DNA of 64,000 nt, from assembly GCA_030390025.1 (NCBI GenBank), contig CM059432.1, positions 111,788,001-111,852,000 on the forward strand, given 5' to 3'. The notes under the pieces are model-generated. The model saw nothing but the letters and a program-made list of their open reading frames with translations. It did no database searches and had not been told where the DNA came from. Of the stretch, positions 24,220 through 36,022 are shown piece by piece (within the stretch, counting starts at the first letter, position 1; every line of letters begins with the position of its first letter). A program made the translations under genes and the position numbers. The stretch comes from Squalus acanthias (lineage: Eukaryota).

Positions 24220-25186
24220 TGTCTCACCTCCTGACTCCCCAAAGCCTTTCTACCATCTACATGTCACAACTAAGGAGTGTGATGGAATACTCTCCACTTG
24301 GATGAGTGCAGCTCCAACAACACTCAAGAAGCTCGACACCATACAGGACAAAGCAGCTAGCTTGATTGGCACCCCATCCACCACCTTAAACATTCACTCC
24401 CTCCACCACCGGCGTACCGTGGCTGCAGTGTGTACCATCTACAAGATGCACTGCAGCAACTCACCAAGACTTCTTCAGCAGCACCTCCAAACCCGCGACC
24501 TCTTCCACCTAGAATGACAAGGGCAGCAGACTCATGGGAACACCACCATCTCCAAGTTCCCCTCCAAGTCACACATCATCCTGACTTAGAAGTATATCGC
24601 CGATCCTTCATCGTCGCTGGGTCAAAATCCTGGAACTCCCTACCTAACAGCACTGTGGGAGTACCTTCACCACACGGACTGCAGCGGTTCAAGAAGGCTT
24701 TCTCATTGAAACTTATAAAATTCTAACAGGACTGGACAGACTAGATGCAGGAAGGATGTTCCCGATGGCCGGGGAGTCCAGAACCAGGGGTCACAGTCTA
24801 AGGATAAGGGGTAAGCCATTTAGGACTGAGATGAGGAGGAATTTCTTCACCCAGAGAGTGGTGAACCTGTGGAATTCTCTACCATAGAAGGCAGTAGAGG
24901 CCAATTCATTAAATATATTCAAGAAGGAGTTAGATATATTTCTTAAAGCTAAAGGGATCAAGGGATATGGGGAGAAGGCAGGGACAGGGTACTGAATTTG
25001 GATGATCAGCCATGATCTCATTAAATGGCGGAGCAGGCTCGAGGGGCTGAATGGCCTACTCCTGCTCCTATCTTCTATGTTTCTATGTTTCTATGGCAGC
25101 TCACCACCAACTTCTCAAGGGCAATTAGGGATGGGCAATAAATGCTGGCCTTGCCAGCAAAGCCCACATCCCATAAAAAAAAGGAA
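24220..25186 (+). mobile_element. 3' fragment of a second non-LTR LINE family (CR1/Jockey group), interrupted by a CR1
   Basis: WMSAAPTTLKKLDTIQDKAA...LHHRRTVAAV; ends ...AAGGGCAATTAGGGATGGGCAATAAATGCTGGCC plus A-rich tail; same family as 58212-60210. Confidence 0.85.
24699..25094 (+). mobile_element. CR1 3' fragment nested in the second LINE
   Basis: ORF2 end (LIETYKILTGLDRLDAGRMF...), 3' UTR and (TTTCTATG)n tail; host LINE resumes at GGCAGCTCACCACC. Confidence 0.9.
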
Positions 25187-25414
25187 ATAAGAACATAAGA
25201 ACATAAGAATTAGGAGCAGGAGTAGGCCATAAGGCCCCTCGAGCCTGCTCCGCCATTCAATGAGATCATGGCTGATCTTCGACCTCAACTCCACTTTCCC
25301 ATCCGATCTCCACATGCCTTGATTCCCCTAGAGTCCAAAAATCTATCTATCTCAGCCTTGAATATACTCAAAGACTCAGCATCCACAGCCCTTTGAGGTA
25401 GAAAATTATAAGAT
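25187..25414 (-). mobile_element. Short CR1 3' fragment
   Basis: (ATAAGAAC)n tail on +, followed by the CR1 3' UTR and ORF2 end. Confidence 0.88.
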
Positions 25415-25790
25415 CATAAGAATTAAACAACCTTGGACAACAAAAGATGTGAGAGATCGTATAAAACTAAAAGAAAAGGCTTATACAAATACAAAGAACA
25501 GTAGAGATCCCAGCGACTGGGAGAGATATAAAGAACAGCAAAGGGATACCAAGAAAGTAGTAAGAGCTGCAAAAAGGGAATACAAGAAAAAACCTGCGAA
25601 GGGTATCAAGGACAACACTGAATATATTAAGAGAAAGAGGGTGGCCAAGAGTAATGTGAGCCCATTAAAGATTGGAAATCAGGAAATGGCAGACTTGCTA
25701 AATATGTTTTATCGGTCTTCACAGTGGAGGATGAGGATTAAGTACCAGAGATATGAGATATATCAAGGGGAGGAACTTACTAGATTTAAT

Positions 25791-26533
25791 GGGCTGGATA
25801 TTCCAATCGCTATGGGTGTGTACGCGCTGTGTACACACCCGTAGGGACATCGGAAATGCCGGTTTCAAGCATGCACAGCGCATGCGCTGAAAACCGGTAT
25901 TTCCGATCTGTCAAGAATACTCTTGACAGATCGGACGCCTGCCCTAGAGAAGGGCCTCTGCGGGCAGATAGTTCCGTTTTCTGGAGACCCTCTGCCTGCA
26001 GAAAAACCCTTAGAATTCTTACGCCTGGTAAAAGCAGGCGTAAGGCCTGTTTTTACCACGATAAGAGTTGAAAAAAGTTAAAAAAAAAATTCACTCATTT
26101 ATCATTTAAAAATACTTTAAAAAAAGGTAAGTTTATTTTTAGCCCCCTAAAAAACTTTCAAAAAATTAAATTTATGTTTAAAATATTTAATTTACTGTAA
26201 TTTCAACTAATTTTAAAAATGGGATTTTAAAAAAAATGTATTTAATGTTTTACAGTGTTTTTGGGGTGATCTCCAGTCATATATTTGACAGGTCTATCTG
26301 TCAAGTGTATGAAGGGAGATTCCCTTCTTTGATTGGCTCCCCATGGCCCACGTGATCCCAGGGACGCTGCGAACTGCATGTGCCTCTGGGATACGTGGGC
26401 CCTGCGCACTTGGAGCTGGAGAGGCCCAGGAATGGAACTATACACACCTCGGGAGCCCTCAGGTAAGTGCGTAGATTTTTTCCAGATCGGTGGCATCCGC
26501 ACGCGGGAAGCCTCCGATCGGAAAATACGGCCC
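25791..26533. mobile_element. Non-autonomous PIF/Harbinger-type MITE (743 bp)
   Basis: Imperfect TIR GGGCTGGATATTCCAATCG / rc GGGCCGTATTTTCCGATCG; 3-bp TSD AAT; AT-rich core; host CR1 rejoins across it. Confidence 0.87.
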
Positions 26534-26783
26534 AATATAAGTAAAAAATGGTAACGGAGAAAATAATGAGACGAATGATAATCAAATTTCCAGGACCCGA
26601 TGGCTTCCACCCCAGGGTATTAAGAGAAGTAGGTGAGGAAATTGTAGATACTTTAGTCACGCTCTTCCAAAACTCTCTCGATTCAGGAATTGTCCCCTTG
26701 GATTGGAAAACTGCCATTGTTACTCCATTATTTAAGAAGGGTGGGAGAGATAAACTAGGAAATTACAGGCCTATTAGTCTAAC

Positions 26784-27758
26784 ATGTTGCCCCTTGATGA
26801 CATCATCTGAAAACACAGTTTCAATTTCCACATGTACGCTGACGACGCCCAGCTCTACCTCACTACCTCTTCTCTCGACCTCTCCACGGTCTCTAAATTG
26901 ACACACTGCTTATCCGACATACAGTTCTGGATGAGCAAAAATTTTCTCCAATTAAATATTGGGAAAACCGAAGCCATTGTTTTCAGACCCGCCACTGACT
27001 CCATCCCTGTCCCTAACATCTGTCTGAGGCTGAACCACACTGTTCGCAACCTTGGTGTCATATTTGACCCTGAAATGAGCTTCCGACCACATATCCACAG
27101 CATAACAAAGACCGCCTACTTCCACCCCCGTAACATCGCCCATCTCCACCCTTGCCTCATTCATCCACTGCTGAAACCCTCATCCATGCCTTTGTTACCT
27201 CTAGACTTGACTATTCCAACACATTCCTGGCTGGCCTCCCACATTCCACCCTACGTAAACTTGAGGTCATCCAAAACTCGGCTGACCGTGTCCTAACTCG
27301 CACAGTAGTCCCGTTCGCCCATCACCCCTGTGCTACCTGACCTACATTGGTCCCCGGTTAAGCAGCGCCTCGATTTCAAAATTCTTATCTTTGTTTTCAA
27401 ATCCCTCCATGGCCTCGCCCCTCCCTATCTCTGTAATCTCCTCCAGCCCCACAACCCCCCCGAGATATCTGCACTCCTCTAATTCTGCCCTCTTGAGCAT
27501 CCCTGATTATAATCGCTCAACCATTGGTGGCCGCGCCTTCTGTTGCCCAGGCCCTAAGCTCTGGAATTCCCTCCCTAAACCTCTCCGCCTCTCTACCTCT
27601 CTTTCCTCCTTTAAGATGCTCCTTTTTGGTCACCTGCCCTAATTTATCCTTATGTGGCTCGGTATCAAATTTTTGTCTTAAAATACTCCTGTGCAGCGCC
27701 TTGGGATGTTTTACTACTTTAAAGGCGCTATATAAATACAAGTTGTTGTTGTTGTTGT
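26784..27758 (+). mobile_element. L2-clade LINE 3' fragment
   Basis: MYADDAQLY, LNIGKTE, VRNLGV.FD, TLIHAFVTSRLDY; L2-type end AAAGGCGCTATATAAATACAA(GTT)n; short direct repeat TAAC. Confidence 0.92.
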
Positions 27759-28463
27759 TAACGTTTGTTGTGGGGAAGTTACTAGAGTCTGCTATTAAGG
27801 ACAGAATGACTGAGCACTTGAACAAATATGAGCTGACCAGCGAGAGCCAGCCTGGATTTTTAAAGCATAAGTCATGTCTAACTAACCTAGTTGAATTTTT
27901 TGAGGAGGTCACTAACATGGTAGATAAGGGAGTGTCTATGCATGTTATTTATATGGGGGGAAAATTTGGTTAGTTTGCACCTCCCGTTAGCGCCCTAAGA
28001 GGGCGGTAATGGGGCGCAAAGCAACTAGCGCCCGGGCACGGTGATGTTTGCGCTGCTCGCGAAATTAACTAGTTTTTGCGGCGGCGCAAAAGTTTACCGC
28101 CCCAATCTCCTGTGCCTGCAGATCATGACGTCAGTTGAGCGTGCAACGCCCTGGTGGTGCCCCGGACCGGATATTGAGTGGCGCCCCCCTCCTTTCCGCC
28201 TGGCGCAAGCAACGACAGGTAGACTGGAACGTTTCCCAGTCGGTGAGGGGCTGGGGGGGGCGCTATTTAAAGGTGCCCTCTTCCTGGCTTTTTTTGTGGT
28301 AGACATTTTTGCACCACTCATTCTGACAGAGAGAGAGATTCTGAGAGAGAGAAGGAGAGACTTCTGCATAGAGTCAACGCTGTCTGAAGTAGTTTTGGCT
28401 ACTGAGCATCACTTTGCAGGTACTTTTGGATTTGACCTTCATTACTTCGATTGCCAAGAGAGT

Positions 28464-29494
28464 ATGGAGGCTGCACTGATTCGGGGCATCGTCCTGCGCC
28501 TGCAGAATCGGAGGCAACAGAGATGCAGAGAGAGAATGGCAATCATGGCCAGACGGAGGAGGGCCAACAGGCCTCTGTACAGGAGACCTTACCCTCCCAG
28601 GGTTTTCCGGGAACAATTCTCCTACATTCATTTGTCTGAGGAGCAGTGTTTGTGCAGGCTGCACTTCAGCAAGGAGGTGGTCACTGAGCTCTGCCACCTG
28701 CTGCAGCCAGATCTGCAGCCTCAACTCAGGACCAGGACAACTCTGTCGGTGGTAGTGAAGGTCACAGTGGCTCTGAATTTTAATGCCACCAGCTCCTTTC
28801 AAGCAGCTACTGGGGACATCGCCAATATCTCCCAGTTTGCGGTCCATTGATGTATCCGTCAGGTCACAAATGCCCTCTATAAAAGGAGACGCCAGTACAT
28901 CTCTTTCCCGATGACCCGGGCCAAACAGCATGAACGCGCATTGGGCTTTGCGAGGATAGCGGGCTTCCCCATGGTGCAGGGCGCCATTGACTGCACGCAT
29001 GTGGCATTGCGGGCACCGCCTGAGAATGCAGAGGTTTTCCGAAACCGCAAGGGGTTCCACTCCTTAAACGTCCAGTTGGCCTGTGACCACAGACAGCTGA
29101 TACTCGCTGTCAATGCCCACTATCCTGGCAGCAGCCACAATGCTTTCATCCTGCGCCAGACTGCTGTGCCTGAACTTTTCCAGGCATCGCATCAGCCAAG
29201 TGGTTGGCTCCTCGGGGACAAGGGTTATCCACTCTGCACCTGGCTGATGACACCGCTCCGTAACCCCAACACCCCTGCTGAGCTGTGGTACAATGAGAGC
29301 CATATTGCCACCAGGAACATTGTTGAGCAGACGATCGGCGTGCTCAAGCAACGGTTCCGCTGTCTGGACCACTCAGGAGGAGCCCTGCAGTACTCGCCTG
29401 AGCGAGTCTCCCTCTTCATAGTTGTGTGCTGCATGCTGCATAACCTGGCATCCTCAGGACCCAGCCAATGCCACCAGGCCTTGGAGCACCACCG

Positions 29495-29529
<35 letters not shown>

Positions 29530-29630
29530 GGATGATCAGCAGCAGCACCAAGGCGGGACGGAGGCCCACAACGTTGAAACTGCAAGTGCTGTCGGTTAAT
29601 GACTGATAACAAGCCGCTTCCAGGCCCCTA
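28464..29630 (+). pseudogene. Harbinger (HARBI1-like) DDE transposase, disrupted
   Basis: GAIDCTHV, YPGSSH, LLGDKGY, RNIVEQTIGVLKQRFRCL, CCMLHN; premature TGA at 28848 and a frameshift near 29450 before a poly-Glu tail. Confidence 0.92.
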
Positions 29631-29934
29631 CTGAGGAAATGGCTTTTGGCATGGAGAACAACATGAATGAAAGCAAGCCGCAATCCCAAAGCCGGCCAAG
29701 GCAGCAATGATTCCAAAGGCCAAATCTGTACATTTTGAATACAAAAACTTTTTTATTTTACAAACTCTGTGTGTGTCATTTCTTCATGACAAACTAATAC
29801 AAACAAACACAACAAATCATTCATTAACATAACTGGTTCTCACAACCTGGAGATAATGTCCAAAACACTAAACAAAAGTTTGAACGAGAACCTCGGCCTT
29901 TAATAAAAAAATTTCCAACATTTCGTCACACCTC

Positions 29935-31696
29935 CTACTTCTTGCCCCTCGAGGGTGATTTCCTTCCCTTGCGCACTTCCCCCCTTCCCACTCTACTGCT
30001 CCTCCATAATGGGGCCCCAGTGGCTGCAGCAAGGCTGGTGGAAGGCTGCTGAATGTCAGAACCTGAGACTACAGATGCCCTTGAAGGACGGCCTCGACCA
30101 GCTCTGGGCCTGGAGGGCCCGGCTGCAGGCTGCACCAACTCTGCATGGGCGGCAGCAGTCTGGGTACAGGCGGTGGCAAGTGCAATGGGGAAGTGACAGT
30201 GGTGGCAGCAGGAATGCTGTCATCTTGAGAGAGGACAGCAACTCCCTGCTCGACCGACACACTGGCACTCCCACGAGGCAGCACCTCAGCATGCGGAGCA
30301 ATCTGCTGGAGCACAGATTGCTGGTCTGCTGCGGTGCGGTGAGAGCCCCAGGAAAATCTGTCCGAACCAGCGACAATGGCAGCAGTCAGTGCTTGCGTGG
30401 CCTCAATCTGAGTCTGCATGAGAGCAGACTGAGATTGGATCATGGCAGCCAGTGACTGAATTGCAGCACTAAGCATTTGCGTGGCATCCGCTTGTGCTAC
30501 AGCGAAGTGCTCCACATTCCTTGCCAGTGCATCAATGCATTCGGGCACCCTTCCCACTGCACCCATGAGCTCAGTGTGCATGTCCACCACCTGGGTGTTC
30601 ATTTCAGCGATGAGCCGTTCCTCCTCTGCGTCCAGTGCAGCAGGACTCACTGGCCTACTCTCCCTCCGGGGAGAAGGCCCCCGAGCTTCCCTATCCCCAT
30701 GACATTGTTGTAGCCTGCTGGGTCCCGGAGCTTCACCCTCATCAGACCCTTCCCCCCTGCTCCCCTCCAGGGAAGACGTGGTCCCAGTGTGGGCATGGGC
30801 TTCCTCGGGAGAGGGTGGCACTGGTGCTCCAGCTTCCTCTTCCTCCTCGCCTGCGGCTTCACTCCCACTGGCAGCTTGAGGGCCCGTCTCCTCAGCTGGT
30901 GAATCACCATCTGAAATCAGGGAGGTACAAGATTGGCTTTAGCGTCAGGACAGGGGGGCAGTAAGGGAGCAAGGACTGGAGCGATTTAATAAGTTGGATT
31001 AAAAGTGTCAAAGGCTGGTGTTGTGACGGACAAGTGGAATGAGAGAGGAGAGAAAGCTGATGACCTTACCATTGCTGTCCCGAACGGGGTCGACCTCTCC
31101 AGTGGCGACGGGACCGATCACCTGGCTTGCCACAATCCTGTGGACGCGCGCCTCAAGATCGCTGAGGGGTTGTAGCTGAGGCCGCCCTCCACCCGTCCGT
31201 TGCTGCTGTCTCCTGTTATGAGATAGCTTGGCCTGCAAGAAAAAGGACGGCGTCTGAGTAAATATACAGCCATGGTTTTGCCTGATGTGCCTCCCATCGT
31301 TGAATAGCCCTTACTGTATGCAAGGTGTGGAATGTGCATGTGTGTTTCATGAGAGGGCCATAGGTGTTGGATGAGTGTTGGGCATTGGGGTTTAAGACCC
31401 TCTGGTCATAGGGTGAGGTTGAAATGAAGGGATGGAGAGGTATTGAAAAAGCCACTCACCCTGACGACCCGAGTGAGGTCGTTGAACTTTTTGCGACATT
31501 GAGTATGGGTCCTGGGCACCATGCTCCTGGAGGAGACGTGCTGAGCCACCTCCCTCCACACTCTTCTGTAGTCGCGTGGCAAAGGCCTCCTGCCCCTCTC
31601 AGGGTAGAGTATAGATCTTCTGCGCTCGACCGCGCCAAACTGAGCCTCCAAGGCCCGCTTGCTGAAGCGCTGAGCTCGTTCTCTCACCCTCTCCAT
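29935..31696 (-). pseudogene. Harbinger Myb/SANT-like DNA-binding gene, 3 exons (31696-31460, 31232-31070, 30910-29935)
   Basis: MERVRERAQRFS...W.EVA..V...RT..QCRKKFNDL; GT-AG introns keep the frame; one frameshift near 30140. Confidence 0.88.
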
Positions 31697-32423
31697 AGTC
31701 CTTGGCTGGAAAATACAGTCACAGGTCTCTCCAGGCCTCGATTCAAGGCTCCAATGAGCAGTGTGTGGCTGGAGAGCAAGATCGACCCTCCCCTTTAAGA
31801 ACTGGCCGGCGCCAGTGTGTCTGTGTTCCATCGTTAACTGACATCACCTGCGCTGCGCCCGCGCTCTGAGTTAGCACCTCGCTCCTCGGCCTTTGCGCCT
31901 TAAGACAGTTGTGCAGCGCCTGATTTAGCGCTCCAATCACCTCCAGGGGTGATAAAAGCCAAGTTTGCAGTCGGAGGCGATAATTAGCACCAGGCGCTAA
32001 ACTTTGCACCCGACCGATAATCGCGCACCAAACGGGGCGATACCGAATTTCTCCCCCATGGACATATATGGGGGAAAAATTCTCTATCGACCATTTTGGG
32101 GCGCTAACATCGCCTGGGCACAAACTTTAGCGCCCGGCGGTAATTAGCGCCGGCGACCGCAAAATTCAGTTTTATCGCCCCAAGAGGGAAGCGGAGTGCT
32201 AAATCAAGTGCTACACGCTCCTCTTAGGGCACTAACGTTGGAGAGCGGGGTGCTACTGCAGAGCGCTACTCAAGTTCCGGCGCTGTCAATTACACGTGCT
32301 CAGACAGACTGGCGCCTTCCAGTTCTTAAAGGGGAGGGTCCATCATGCTGCACAGCCTCATTCTGATCATTGCAGCTTCTGAACTGAGCCTGCAAGGAGC
32401 TGCAATCATCAACCACAAATCTC

Positions 32424-34057
32424 ATGGCTGATCAGAGGCCCAGGGAGCGAGCTCGCCGGCTCAGCGACCAGGCTTTGGAGGCTCTGGTCGCGGCTGTGGA
32501 ACGCCGATGGGCAGCGCTCTTCCCGGACACTGGCAGGATGCCATTGCCACAGGACTTCAGGAGGATGTGGAGGGAGGTCGCCCAGTACATCTCGGCCAGA
32601 AGTGTGGTCCACAGGACTCCCACCCAGTGCCGCAAGAAGTTCAACGACCTCACTCGAGTGGTCAGGGTGAGTACATGCTTCAAAAACCTCTACATCCCAC
32701 CATCTCAACCTCACTCTGTGCACAGACGGTGTAAACTGACAAATTCCCAACACTCACCCACCAACTATGCCCACCTACTAAAAGTCACATCCACATCTCA
32801 CGCCTTGCATACTTTAATAGCTATTCAACTATGGTAGGCACATCTGTCAAACACATGTCTGCACACTCACTCAGACGCTGTCCCTTTTCTTGCAGGCCAA
32901 GCTTGCTCATAACAGGAGGGAGCAGCAATGCACGGGAGGAGGTCAGGTGGAGCTGCACCCCCTCACACAGCTGGAGGAGCGAGTGCGCAGCATCATCGCG
33001 GCCCAGGTCATTGGCGCTGTGGCAGTCGGAGACGTCGACCCCCTTGGGACAACAATGGTATGTTCATCACCTCTCCCTCCTCTCTTATACCACTTCCCCC
33101 TCACAACACAAGCCCTTCCCACTTTCCGTCTAAGTATACTGTCGCCATTCCTTGCTCCCGTCCTGCCCCCTTCCCCTGATGTTAAACCCACTCTTGTGCC
33201 TTAATGCTTTCAAATAATCAACCACCATCTGACCAGCCTGTCCCTCAGCCTCCCAGTGGTAGCGACGCGGGAGAAGAGAAGGAACACCAAGCCAGAGCCT
33301 CGCCGCCTGTGTCTCCAAAAGGCGCTTGGTCCAATAATGCGGCGACACAGTCGCTAGAGGGGAGCCTAGTACATGGGTCTGATGTGGGTGAAGCTCCGGG
33401 ACCCAGTGAGCTGCAGCAACGCCACGGGGAAAGGGAAGCTCGGGAGCCATCTCCCCGGAGGGTGAGTTCGTGCAAGAGCTCTGCTGCACAGGACTCAGAG
33501 GAGGGCCTCGATGTCGAGGCGATGACCACACAGGTGATGAGCATGCGCACCAAGCTCATGGGTGCAATGGCAAGGGTGCCCGAGAGCATGTATGCACTGG
33601 CTAGGAACGTGGAGGAGTCCACCTCCAACATTGCGAACCCTTGAACCCATCCTTGGCAGTTTGCAGAGGATGGTCGACTCGCTGAGAGACCGTGGGGACC
33701 CAGACCTCATGCCGCGTGTCATGGGTGAGGTGGCAGCAGCTATTGCAGCCCAGGCCGAAGGCAACGCAACGACTTAGTGCCAGAATCGAGTCATTGGTTG
33801 GTGGCATCCAATCTCATGCAGTTTCAGATTGATGCCACGTAAGCGCTGACTGCTGCCATTGTAGCTGGGCCGTCCACATTTCACCAGGGATGGCATGGTG
33901 CCACAGCAGGCCAGCAATCTGTGCTCGAGCAGATTGCTCCGGATGCTGAGGTTCTGCCCCGGGGGAGTGGCAGTGTGTCGGTCAAGCAGGAAGGTGCTGT
34001 CCTCTCTCAGGATGACAGCATTCCTGCTGCCACCACTGCCACTCCGCCATTGCACTT
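32424..34057 (+). pseudogene. Harbinger Myb-like gene (exons 32424-32666, 32896-33057, about 33214-34057, truncated)
   Basis: MADQRPRERARRLSD...QCRKKFNDLTRVVR; same intron positions as 29935-31696; third acceptor reads AA instead of AG; stop at 33642. Confidence 0.85.
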
Positions 34058-34066
34058 TGAACAGAC

Positions 34067-34700
34067 CATTGTTGTCCCTAAGGGGATCAACATCGTCGGT
34101 GGCCACAGCGCCCACCACTTGGTGCCCAATAATCTTCAGCACTCTATTCTCCAGTGCAGACAGTGGTTGGGTGTCGGCTTGACCTGCGCCTGTGCACTCT
34201 TGCTCCCCCAAGTTGTAAGCCACCTTGGCCTGCAAGAGAAAGGAAAGTGTATGAGTGAGTGTGGAGCAATGTGTTTGTGTGATATGCCTCCCACAGTTGA
34301 ATAGCTGTCATTGTGTGCAAGGTGTGAGATGTGGGTGTGAGTGTTGGTAGGTGGAGATTGTTGGTGGGTGAGTGCTGGGGGCGTGGTGCTTTGGGCAGTG
34401 TGTGCAGACTTATGGCTCAGATGGTGGTATGTAGCATTTGTTGAAGCATTGACTCACCCTGACCACCCGAGTGAGGTCGTTAAATTTCTTCCTGCACTGT
34501 GTGTGGGTCCTGGGGACCACAGTGTTGCCCGAGACATGCTGCACTACCTCCCTCCACATGGTGCGGAAGACTTGTGGCGAGGGCCTCCTGCCACTTGTCG
34601 CGTAGAGCACCGCCCTCCATCTCTCCACAGCGAAAACCAATGCCTCCAATGCTTCATCGCAGAATCTGCAGGCTCTCTCCCTGGGGCGTGGATCTGCCAT
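34067..34700 (-). pseudogene. Harbinger Myb-like gene, exons 1-2 only (34700-34458, 34229-34067)
   Basis: MADPRPRERACRFCD...QCRKKFNDLTRVVR|AKVAYN...; breaks off just inside intron 2. Confidence 0.85.
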
Positions 34701-35078
34701 GAGCACACCTGGTTCAGCCCTCTGGCTCCTTCTCCTAGTCCTGCTTCTGCTTGCTGAGGCAGTTGCACAGCCAGCAATGCTGAGAATGAGGTGCTGCAGC
34801 ATCAATTAACCTCCCCTTTAAGTACTGAAAAAAGCCTGCGGCAATCATGACTTGCGATTAGACTGCATTCGATATTGGTCCACCCTTTGATGCCAATGAG
34901 CTTGGGCTTTAAGACTTGAATTAGGACTCCAATCATTTTTTTGAGCAGTGAGCACGAATTTTGCGTGCAGTCTAAAGCATTAATGCCTGGCTCCAATTCT
35001 CCAACTTTTCTACTGACACCACCCATTCCTGGACTATAACGAATTTCTAGCCCTCAGCATTTAAAAATTGCCTTGAGT

Positions 35079-35410
35079 GCCACAATGGCTCAGTTTGACA
35101 CTTAACTGCCCAATGTGGAAGTGAGCCACACAGAGCACAAACGTACCAGGTTCAATCCCTGATCTGTGCCTAGTTAGATGATCTTAGGCAGGAAACAGAA
35201 GGAGCTATATTTGCCGCTCCTGAGTGCTGTCCACTGATTTCTGCCGGAAAATGTTCATGCATGGATGCTGGATGAGGACAGGGTCAGGTTTAACCGTGAA
35301 GAAACCATGGAATAACAACCTGTTAACACTTGCTGCCTGAGCTCAAACGAGAAGAAAGGCCATTTCGGCAAGGATATGAAGAGGAGCCGGCACTGCGGAT
35401 CTGTGCCCTA
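35079..35410 (+). mobile_element. Degenerate tRNA-derived SINE remnant
   Basis: A-box-like TGGCTCAGT near 35086 and B-box-like GGTTCAATCCC near 35149. Confidence 0.45.
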
Positions 35411-36022
35411 ACAGGAGTCAGGAGAGGAAGGGAGGAGACTGGGGGAAGTTTTATTATTGTTTTAGTTGTCATTTTATTTTATTGGAATTTTTAAAAGTTG
35501 TTTTTTTTAAACGTGCTTTGTTTAATTTTTTCGGCAGACCTGCAGCATGCTCATACGCTATTGGAGATGCTAAGAACATGCAGAAATAACCATTACAACT
35601 TAACAAGAGAAATAATTCTACCATTGATCCACTTTGCATTCAATAGTAAGATTAAGTATTCCCTGGCCAGATATAAAGTTCAGTCTAATGGTAGTGTGAG
35701 CACAAATTATGATGCTTTTACGGTGCTTAGCTTGAGTAAAATATCACCTGCTACACCAGGTGGCTTGTCTCTTTTCCCCTTGTCTGTGCTCTGCACCTTT
35801 AGAGCTGAGACTGACAACAATGGGAATACAGAAAGAAATGATTGCATGATAACAAGTCAAGAACTCAAACTTGGTCGCAGTGTTTGAATGTGGCTCATCT
35901 AAGAGATAAGTTATCATGTGCCTCAACACTACAGTACATCCTAATAGTAGCTACCATTGTGTAACTACCTAATAAAGAGAGGCTCTGTTTAATTCTAACT
36001 GCAGTACAGAGAAATATCCATG

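Larger units (their letters stand above)
17900..27955 (+). mobile_element. Degenerate CR1 LINE (ORF1 esterase remnant, APE endonuclease, RT N-part) fragmented by nested insertions; left boundary approximate
   Basis: ORF1-like LPGAKVRDIS near 18230; APE motifs VLYTHAR/ITETWL near 18810-18910. Reading continues across each insertion (EHLA|NSNHN, EELTRFN|ISK, NYRPISLT|FVVGKLLE) up to VIYM at 27955. Confidence 0.88.
27956..32057. mobile_element. Harbinger DNA transposon 1 (transposase + convergent Myb gene), full length
   Basis: TIR GGGGGAAAATTTGGT / rc GGGGGAGAAATTCGGT; probable TSD ATG restoring the CR1-like TATATG|GAC; both genes present. Confidence 0.9.
32070..35053. mobile_element. Composite Harbinger derivative with two convergent Myb genes and no transposase
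   Basis: Ends GGGGGAAAAATTC and rc GGGCTAGAAATTC; the two Myb genes are joined near 34058; no matching TSD. Confidence 0.78.

Noticed and set aside
28464..31696. Domesticated host genes HARBI1/NAIF1
   Set aside because: The genes lie within TIRs, are multi-copy and carry stops and frameshifts, so they are transposon genes.
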